This document shows positions 19,591 through 27,125 of a stretch of 64,000 nt of DNA, one piece after another. How positions within the stretch are numbered: position 1 is the stretch's first letter; every line of letters begins with the position of its first letter. The translations under genes were made by a program, and so were the position numbers. The DNA lies in the IMG/VR virus record IMGVR_UViG_3300009159_000033; one strand, given 5' to 3'. The stretch is from a virus. The notes under the pieces are model-generated. The model searched no databases and was not told the origin of the DNA. It saw nothing but the letters and a program-made list of their open reading frames with translations.

Positions 19591-19676
19591 TGGCAAGGAG
19601 CAGCAAGGAATGGCAAGGAGCAGCAAAGAGGTTCATAGAAGTTCATTTTAAGATTGAACAAGATTGAACGTTCAAT
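19591..19676. repeat. Short intergenic repeat cluster
   Basis: TGGCAAGGAGCAGCAA x2 (20-nt period), GTTCAT x2, AAGATTGAAC x2, palindrome ATTGAACGTTCAAT at 19663-19676. Confidence 0.8.
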
Positions 19677-19695
19677 TTTGTTTAAAAGATTTAAC

Positions 19696-19723
19696 TAGAC
19701 AACCCCCCAAAGGGGGCTAAAAT
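19696..19723 (+). promoter_or_regulatory. Sigma70-like promoter for the HNH gene
   Basis: TAGACA-16 nt-TAAAAT; spacer contains CCCCC/GGGGG inverted repeat. Confidence 0.45.
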
Positions 19724-19766
19724 GGTCTGCAGTTATTAGATCCTTATACATAGAAAGTAGGGTAAC

Positions 19767-20588
19767 ATGCTTGAGGAAGCAAAATACTGTGTAGATAATG
19801 CGGATACTATTAAAGCTATAAAAACTGCTCAACGGAAAAAACGTAAAGTACTTCAGCAGAAAGAACGTAGAGCGTTTGGAAAAGAGTATGTGGTAATATC
19901 TGGTAAACAGAAAAGAGTAAAATACCCAGATAAGATAATAGATGTATTGAGTGAGCGTTTTACAGTTTCTGGTTGTTCTGAAACTGGGTTAAAGTGGTCT
20001 GACTCTGCTATTAATAAGTCTTGGCTTAGAGGTCAAGAAGCAGGTTATCCCTCCTCTGATGGATATTTTTTCGTTACTATTGTTATAGATTTGGTTACTT
20101 ATGCAATACAAGTAGCAAACGTTGTGTGGATGTTGACTCATAAACAACAAATTAAAGATGGCGAAATAATAGACCACATTAATCATAATCGTCGTGATAA
20201 TAGAATAGAAAACTTAAAAAGTGGTGACTATTTACACAATGCAATCAATTGTTCACATAAAAAATCATATGGGTATCCCAACATAAGTATTAAAAAGTTT
20301 GCCAATTTTAAAAAAATATATTTCGTGGCTAGATTTAGCTGTTCGGGCTCAAACTGGTCTTCTAAATATGTACAATCACAGGACCATGCTTTTGTATTAG
20401 GGTGGGAAATACTAACATCAGGACAAATTCCTTTGAATTATATAAAAAGCAAATCTTTAGAGTTTTTAGACGGCACTTATTTAAAAGAAGCCCTAGCCGA
20501 GTGCGCAAAGCAAGGCATAACCATCGCATCTCTTAAATTCAAAACGCTGTACGAATACATAGCTTCTGTTGAGAACAACGCTAACTAA
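19767..20588 (+). mobile_element. Free-standing HNH homing endonuclease
   Basis: IIDHINHNRRDNRIENLK (HNH_3-type); AT-rich, basic; interrupts the glycan gene run. Confidence 0.75.
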
Positions 20589-20618
20589 GTAACCAATAGT
20601 AGAATAGGAAATTAGATT

Positions 20619-21941
20619 ATGACTACTGATGAAGCTTTGGATCAGCTTATAACTCAACTTCAAGGAAAAACAGCTAAAGTGATGGTGGTAGGTCTCGGCT
20701 ACGCTGGCCTACCTCTTGCTGAGTGTATTGCCAGTGCTGGGTTTGATGTCATTGGTTACGACATAGACCCAAACAAGGTTGAAATCCTACAACAAGGGAA
20801 AAGCTACTTAGAAACCATTCCTGCAGCTAGGGTGCAAAGCTTATTAAACACAGGTAAGTTTAAAGCAACCTCAGACATTGCTACTGCAGAACCTTGTGCC
20901 GTCTATTGGATTTGTGTCCCCACTCCTTTGGTAAATGGTGCCCCTACTCTAGATATCTTATATAATGCGATCAATGCAGTAAGCACAGTAGCTAAAACAC
21001 CTTTCTTGGTTGTGGTCTCTAGTACATCCTTCCCCGGAACCACTCGGTCTATGGGCTTGAGCATTCTAGAAGAAGATAGGAAAGAGGATCGCAACTTCTT
21101 TCTTGCCTTTAGCCAAGAAAGAGAAGATCCAGGCAATACCAAATTTACCACGAGAACGCTTCCTAGAGTCTTTGGAGCACTCAATGACTCTTCGGAAAAA
21201 GTGACTTCAGTTTTGTTTAATCAGCTGTTTGATGAGGTGCATCAAGCAAGCTCCATGGAAGCAGCAGAAGCCTCTAAAATGATGGAGAATGTCTATCGTG
21301 CGGTAAACATCGCACTTGCAAACGAATGGGCTGATATTTGTAATAAATTGGGTTTGGATGTGTGGGAGGTGATTAAACTCGCAGCAACCAAGCCTTTTGG
21401 CTTTCAAGCGTTTTATCCTGGTCCGGGTGTTGGTGGTCATTGCATCCCTGTGGACCCTTATTACCTTCTTCAAAAGCTGCAGAGCATGGGTTCAGACGCT
21501 GAGCTTATTAGTCTTGCGTGTGAACTGAACAAAAAGAGGCCAAGCGTAATCGTAGGCAAGCTAGTGGAGTTCTTAGGACTTTACACCCACCGCTTTGATG
21601 AAAGCTTTCCTATATTATTGATTGGGATAAGCTACAAAAAAAATGTAGGAGATCTTCGAGGTTCGCCAGCGCTTGAAATCCTTGATTTGCTCTGCAGAGA
21701 AGGTTTTGATGTAACATGGTATGATCCTTTAGTAGATAAGACAGACTTGGCTCTAGAATTATTGAGAGAAACTACTCTCAGCTCAATACTATTAAAGGAG
21801 CAAGCTGTCTGCATTATCCTTTCGGACCATGACATAATTGACTGGGATATGGTGTTAGCCCACTCCAACTTTATATTTGATACTAAGAACAAATATGCAA
21901 AGTGTGATGGGGTAAACCCGTTCAAGCTGATAAGACTTTAG
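20619..21941 (+). CDS. Nucleotide-sugar dehydrogenase (UDP-GlcNAc/ManNAc 6-dehydrogenase family)
   Basis: VVGLGYAGLP, ICVPTP, STSFPGTT, KMMENVYRAVNIA, GPGVGGHCIPVDP, YKKNVGDLRGSP. Confidence 0.92.
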   Translation: MTTDEALDQLITQLQGKTAKVMVVGLGYAGLPLAECIASAGFDVIGYDIDPNKVEILQQGKSYLETIPAARVQSLLNTGKFKATSDIATAEPCAVYWICVPTPLVNGAPTLDILYNAINAVSTVAKTPFLVVVSSTSFPGTTRSMGLSILEEDRKEDRNFFLAFSQEREDPGNTKFTTRTLPRVFGALNDSSEKVTSVLFNQLFDEVHQASSMEAAEASKMMENVYRAVNIALANEWADICNKLGLDVWEVIKLAATKPFGFQAFYPGPGVGGHCIPVDPYYLLQKLQSMGSDAELISLACELNKKRPSVIVGKLVEFLGLYTHRFDESFPILLIGISYKKNVGDLRGSPALEILDLLCREGFDVTWYDPLVDKTDLALELLRETTLSSILLKEQAVCIILSDHDIIDWDMVLAHSNFIFDTKNKYAKCDGVNPFKLIRL

Positions 21942-21947
21942 CTACCC

Positions 21948-21976
21948 TTGCGTTTAATCCCTATGCTATTTAAACT
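21948..21976 (+). promoter_or_regulatory. Sigma70-like promoter
   Basis: TTGCGT-17 nt-TAAACT before ORF 22016. Confidence 0.4.
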
Positions 21977-22015
21977 AAATTAGTGAAGTAGTTTAATAAC
22001 ATAGGGAAATGCATT

Positions 22016-22654
22016 ATGTACGCACAACGCACCAAACAAGCAAACATTGGTAAACTTTTGGCAAGCCTAGGGCTTGGCGGATTGATTGGAGGCGGTATTG
22101 GCCGTGTCTCTGGCTATAATTCTGGTAACCACGCAGGTTACGCAGAAGGCTCTGCAAATGCGAGCAAAGACACTTTAATAAATCTACTCAAAGGTATGAC
22201 TGGTGTTGTACAACAAGGCGCAGAAAGCAAGCTAGACTTAAAGAAGCTACTTGAATCTAAACCTGGTGTAATGCCATCTATTCCTATGGCTCCACTAAAT
22301 GCAGAATCAATTAAAACTGCAAAACTACGCAGAGTACTCCGCCGAGTAGAAAAGTCAGCTGCGGAGAAACGAGCCATTGCTGCGTTGTTAGCTGCGCTTA
22401 AGGGTGGTGGTGGTAAAGCGATGGGTGCAATTGAACGGCTGATGGGTAAAGCTGCACCTAAAACTCCTTTTGTTTCACAAGGTGCGCTCAATGCCGGACT
22501 TGAATCTTCTGCGGCGCGCCCCTTAAGCTTTGCGGAGTCTGCTCTGCCTGCCCTACCTAAAGGGTTTAGTGGTGTGCACCCCGCAGAACTTCCTGACACC
22601 GATATAATGCACAAATTATTTATGCTTAACCAAAAGTTTAAACACCAGAACTAG
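22016..22654 (+). CDS. KxA-motif protein with a glycine zipper, probable virion cargo
   Basis: TKQA leader, GLGGLIGGGIG zipper, VEKSAAEKRA. Confidence 0.55.
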   Translation: MYAQRTKQANIGKLLASLGLGGLIGGGIGRVSGYNSGNHAGYAEGSANASKDTLINLLKGMTGVVQQGAESKLDLKKLLESKPGVMPSIPMAPLNAESIKTAKLRRVLRRVEKSAAEKRAIAALLAALKGGGGKAMGAIERLMGKAAPKTPFVSQGALNAGLESSAARPLSFAESALPALPKGFSGVHPAELPDTDIMHKLFMLNQKFKHQN

Positions 22655-22664
22655 GAATTTAACT

Positions 22665-24437
22665 GTGCCATTTAAATCTGATGCTCAGCGTAAATTATGT
22701 TATGTCCTTAAAGGCAAAGGTCAGGCAGGTTCATGGGACTGCGCTGAATGGTCTGAAGCCACCGGCGATAAGAAGTTGCCAGAGCATGTAGAGGACCAAA
22801 CAGAGAAGAAGGCACTGGGAATCACCAACAAGCTGAAAGGCGGAGTTGGTGATAATAAAAATCCTGCGGAGTTAGACAGATCTGAATTAAATTCTGGAAT
22901 TAAAGAAGAAAAAGAACATACCAATGATACGGATGTAGCCACAGAGATTGCAGTGGATCATCTTACCGAAGAGCCTAAGTACTACTCAAAAATGAAAAAG
23001 GTTGAAAAGAGGAGTGCTATGCACATTATACAACCCTCAAAATTCGCTGAGTTGTTAGCTAAGGTGGCAGCAGCACGACCCGGCCTTTGGGCTAACATAC
23101 GAGCTAAAAAGAAGCGTGGCGAGACTGCTGCTACGCCTGGGGACGAGGACTATCCAGATTCTAAGAACTGGGACAAGGTAACGGCGATCTCTGAGAAGAA
23201 GGCTCAATGCTGGGAAGGCTATGAGCGTGTTCCGGGCACTAAGGCATTAACTTCTGGTTCTTGTCGGCCTAAAGGTAAAAAGAAAGAAGATAAAAGTGCA
23301 GCAGCTTGGGAAACCTCTGAAGGTAAGAATCCCGAAGGCGGTTTGAACGACAAGGGCAGAGCTAGCTTAAAGGCACAAGGACACGACATCAAACGACCTC
23401 AGCCTGAGGGCGGAGCTCGTAAAGATAGCTTCTGTGCACGCATGGGCGGGATGAAGGCTAAGCTCACCTCTAGCGAGACAGCTAACGATCCCGATAGCCG
23501 AATCAACAAAGCATTGCGTAAGTGGAAGTGCGGTAGTGACATGGTAGAGAAACAAGCTATCGCTGCATTATTTAAGACATTGGGTCAAGGTGCATTAAGA
23601 GCTATGTCTAAGGCTCCTATGACCACGGCTGCTGTGGGTATTGGTGGTGCGGGTGCGTATGAAGCTACTCGACCTACGAACAAGCTTATTCCTCAGATAC
23701 TTCCTAATGCAACTGGTGCAGCTCCGCCTACTCCTCCTCTTAATGAGAAAACTGGTTATGTTATTGCTGCTTTGGCCAAATTGGCAGTAGATCAAGCTGG
23801 TGGATCTTATTTAAATGCACAAAATACTATAAATGCACAACGAGTAGCACAAATAAAAGCAGATGCCGAGCGAGTGCGAATTGCTTCGGGTGCTCCTAAA
23901 CCATCTGGAAATGGAACTTATAGATACAGCGGCACTGTATTTCCCAACAGAGTTGAAAACGCACAGCACAGCTTTACTCCTCCCGCAGCCCAAGGCCAAG
24001 GAGAGTTTCTACGACAACCAGTTCAAGCTCCTAGCATGAAAGGTGACACTACACCTACTTTTAACAATCCTACTCCGCCTACCTCTAATAACACTTTTGC
24101 ACCGAGCACGGCAAAGCCTACTAATCCTCCTCCTGCTAATCGTTGGAAACCCATAGACATTAGTGGAGATCGAAGAAGAAAAGAGAAAGAGATGGGTTGG
24201 GCTCCTAATTCTATGGATCAAGGTGGGAGTCGCTATGGAGAGAATGGCCCACGTTCTGCGGAACTAGTAAAACAGTATGGTCCAACTGGTGCACCTTCTA
24301 AACCCGCTACACCTACTTCTTTAACGCAGGCTCCGGTGGCTAATGCTTCTAAAGCCCCATCTAATACTTATGCTACTTCTAGGTTCTCTTCCACACCCCC
24401 AAGTTGGGCGACACAAGGTTGGAACCCAAAACTTTAA
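22665..24437 (+). CDS. Multi-module KxA-punctuated polyprotein-like head protein
   Basis: Successive short modules (MPFKS..., EHT..IAVDHL..YY, GLWANI, CWEGY, EGKNPEGGLN..SFCARM) each ending in KxA-type sites. Confidence 0.65.
   Translation: MPFKSDAQRKLCYVLKGKGQAGSWDCAEWSEATGDKKLPEHVEDQTEKKALGITNKLKGGVGDNKNPAELDRSELNSGIKEEKEHTNDTDVATEIAVDHLTEEPKYYSKMKKVEKRSAMHIIQPSKFAELLAKVAAARPGLWANIRAKKKRGETAATPGDEDYPDSKNWDKVTAISEKKAQCWEGYERVPGTKALTSGSCRPKGKKKEDKSAAAWETSEGKNPEGGLNDKGRASLKAQGHDIKRPQPEGGARKDSFCARMGGMKAKLTSSETANDPDSRINKALRKWKCGSDMVEKQAIAALFKTLGQGALRAMSKAPMTTAAVGIGGAGAYEATRPTNKLIPQILPNATGAAPPTPPLNEKTGYVIAALAKLAVDQAGGSYLNAQNTINAQRVAQIKADAERVRIASGAPKPSGNGTYRYSGTVFPNRVENAQHSFTPPAAQGQGEFLRQPVQAPSMKGDTTPTFNNPTPPTSNNTFAPSTAKPTNPPPANRWKPIDISGDRRRKEKEMGWAPNSMDQGGSRYGENGPRSAELVKQYGPTGAPSKPATPTSLTQAPVANASKAPSNTYATSRFSSTPPSWATQGWNPKL
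22888..22903. promoter_or_regulatory. 16-bp palindromic site TAAATTCTGGAATTAA
   Basis: Exact consensus match inside CDS 22665. Confidence 0.55.
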
Positions 24438-24446
24438 GAGCTAAAT

Positions 24447-25970
24447 GTGTTCAAATGCTCCGGCAGTACCTTTGATGCAATTGCACACTTAGCTGCCCAT
24501 GCTGCTAATTTAAATCTTACAAAATACGCAGACTTAAATTCTGGAATTGAACTGCAGCCTCATCAAGCAAGAGTTGTACGCAATGTACAAAATCAACTAG
24601 CTACTGAAGACAAGGTTAGACTGTTGCTGTACCAAGGGCTGGGCTCTGGCAAGACCTTAGGTGGTCTTGCTGCTGCTGAAAGCTCTAAGCTACCTTACAC
24701 CGCAATCGTACCCGCTGCTCTCCGTACTAATCTTAGGAAAGAGCAAGAGAAGTTCATCGACCAAGATACGGCGGTGCCTAGCAGCATCATGAGCCATACT
24801 GGGTTAGGTAGAGGGCTTCCCATAGCAAATCCTGACTCGTTGCTCATTGACGAAACACACCGGTTTAGGAACGCACAATCTTCTCAAACGCAGAACTTGT
24901 TAGATGCAGCTAGAAAAGCAAAGCAAGTAGTGATGTTGAGTGGTACACCTATTGTGAACTCTCCTGCGGATTTTGCAGTACCTTATAGCGTGCTTACCGG
25001 CAAGGATACGACCCCAGAAGAGTTTAGTGCTAGGTATGTGGACAACGACCCACAACCTTCGCTGTATCGCCGTTTCTTTAATTTAAAGGCACCCGATCCC
25101 GGCTTAAAGAATGTAGAGGAGCTGAAGAGCAACTTAAAAGGTAAGGTAGATTACTTTGCACCAGCTAAGCCTCAAGCAGAGATTAATAGAGAAGATGTGA
25201 TCACGGAGATGACTAGGGATCAAACAGACCTAAACTCACAGATGTATGGTAAGCTCCCCGCCTTGCTCAAATGGAAGCTACAACTAAACTACCCACTGAG
25301 TGACGCAGAGTCTAAGAAGATGGTTAGCTTTCTGACTGGACCAAGACAGCTAGGGTTGTCTACGAGCACATTCACGCAGGATAAGTCTGACCCCATGGCT
25401 GCGTTTAACAGCTCACCTAAGCTAACAGAAGCATTTAAAAGGGTTAACGAAATGATCCAAAAGGATCCTAAAGGTAAAGCTCTCATCTTTTCTAACTTCA
25501 TTGAGTCGGGCTTGAACCCTTATCAAGCTGCGTTGGACAAAGCGGGCATCCCTGCAGCATCCTTCACAGGAGCACTCTCTGACAAACAGCGAAAGAAGCT
25601 GGTAGACGACTATAACTCAGATAAGCTGAAGGTGGCATTGCTGGGGCCATCTGGTACTGAGGGGCTCTCGTTCAAAGGTACAAAGCTTATGCAGCTATTG
25701 GATCCACATTGGAATAATGTTAGGTCTGAGCAGAGTGAAGGGAGAGGATTAAGGTATGACAGTCATGCCCATCTTCCGCTTGCCGATAGGAAAGTAAAGA
25801 TAGAGCGGTACATAGCTAGGACAGCCCCAAGCCGATTAAAATCATTACTCCGCTACATTGGGGTTAAAGTTAATCCCTTATCTGCTACTGATGATTACCT
25901 CATTGCAGCGGGTAATCGTAAGCAGCAGCTAAATGACAAGTTCTTAGACTTACTCAAAGGATTAGATTAG
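24447..25970 (+). CDS. Superfamily 2 DExH helicase/ATPase (SNF2-related, NPH-I/VETF-like)
   Basis: LQPHQ, LLYQGLGSGKT, LLIDETH, LSGTP, LIFSNF, GTEGL, QSEGRGLRYDSH. Confidence 0.85.
   Translation: MFKCSGSTFDAIAHLAAHAANLNLTKYADLNSGIELQPHQARVVRNVQNQLATEDKVRLLLYQGLGSGKTLGGLAAAESSKLPYTAIVPAALRTNLRKEQEKFIDQDTAVPSSIMSHTGLGRGLPIANPDSLLIDETHRFRNAQSSQTQNLLDAARKAKQVVMLSGTPIVNSPADFAVPYSVLTGKDTTPEEFSARYVDNDPQPSLYRRFFNLKAPDPGLKNVEELKSNLKGKVDYFAPAKPQAEINREDVITEMTRDQTDLNSQMYGKLPALLKWKLQLNYPLSDAESKKMVSFLTGPRQLGLSTSTFTQDKSDPMAAFNSSPKLTEAFKRVNEMIQKDPKGKALIFSNFIESGLNPYQAALDKAGIPAASFTGALSDKQRKKLVDDYNSDKLKVALLGPSGTEGLSFKGTKLMQLLDPHWNNVRSEQSEGRGLRYDSHAHLPLADRKVKIERYIARTAPSRLKSLLRYIGVKVNPLSATDDYLIAAGNRKQQLNDKFLDLLKGLD
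24535..24550. promoter_or_regulatory. 16-bp palindromic site TAAATTCTGGAATTGA
   Basis: Exact consensus match inside the helicase CDS. Confidence 0.55.
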
Positions 25971-25997
25971 TGCTTTCTAAGATTTAGAGGAATAGCT

Positions 25998-27014
25998 ATG
26001 AAATTGTTATGCGGAGTTATCGACAATCCAAAACATGATTTAAAAATTAGAGGGATAACTGAATTTCGCTCTTTGTATATGTTTGGAGAAGATCATTTAA
26101 TGAGCCCCAATGCCAACTTGTTGCTTAAGCAGGCTGAGCATCGTGGCGACTACATTGTAATGATTGATCCTGGATATCATTTCACACATAAAAAAGTTAT
26201 AGAGAGTTGGGCTTTAGCTTCCGATGTACTTTGTATGGGGCAAGAAGGAATTACGCTTATACATTTAAAAAAATGGGTACAACAAGATAAACCTTCTTGG
26301 GACCAGCTTTTATCAACTAAAATACATGTAGATATTTCGGATAAAGTTGTTTTGTTTAATAATTTAGATTGCATTGAATATGCAAACCATTACCGCAACC
26401 GCATTTGGCATATAAACACAGAGCAAATTCAACCGGCTCTACCTACAAATCGTAATATTAATTGTATAGTGATACCTACTGCTGGGCTAAAAGCCATTAC
26501 CGCAGCTCACTATTTTAAATGTCCTCCAAATTCTGAAATTGTCTTTTTTGACTATTCAAAACCTAGTTTGGAATTTAAGAAGAACTTAATTTTAAATTGG
26601 GATGGAATCGATTATCCTAAATATGTTCGGGCTAACCCGACAAATGATGTGTTAGAAGATATGGATAATTTACCTCAAGACTCATTATATGGCTACTGGC
26701 AAGCTGTGTTGAAATGGTTTAAAGGTTCAGCTGCTTTTGTTGAACATTGGAAACTTTTTTGTAGTTTTAAACATTCTTTTGTGCATTGCGATTTGCTAGA
26801 CGAATCAAACCAAGATACACTGTTTAAAACGATGGCTAATAAAAATGTCGCTGTTTTTACTAGTAACATTTTTTTTACTTCTTATGCCTACCACACTGCA
26901 CCGCCTCCTACTGTAAATCAATTAAGCGAAAGATGGTTTGCCTTGTTGAAATCGCATCCTTCTTTAATTGTAGAGCATAACTGTTATACTTCACGCCATG
27001 GGTACTTTATGTAG
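25998..27014 (+). CDS. Hypothetical protein, AT-rich gene
   Basis: 338-aa ORF with SD gagga. Confidence 0.6.
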   Translation: MKLLCGVIDNPKHDLKIRGITEFRSLYMFGEDHLMSPNANLLLKQAEHRGDYIVMIDPGYHFTHKKVIESWALASDVLCMGQEGITLIHLKKWVQQDKPSWDQLLSTKIHVDISDKVVLFNNLDCIEYANHYRNRIWHINTEQIQPALPTNRNINCIVIPTAGLKAITAAHYFKCPPNSEIVFFDYSKPSLEFKKNLILNWDGIDYPKYVRANPTNDVLEDMDNLPQDSLYGYWQAVLKWFKGSAAFVEHWKLFCSFKHSFVHCDLLDESNQDTLFKTMANKNVAVFTSNIFFTSYAYHTAPPPTVNQLSERWFALLKSHPSLIVEHNCYTSRHGYFM

Positions 27015-27125
27015 CTCTGTTTAAAGAATCAAATTAAAGTTAGCCCCAGCAATTGCTAAAGTTAACAAACAAAGTTAAAGTAATGACTAAGTTTGCGGTT
27101 TTGTTTCGATTTTATGGAGATAATC

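Noticed and set aside
19591-19676. Mini CRISPR array
   Set aside because: Repeats are 10-20 nt, abutting, without unique spacers, and no cas genes are present
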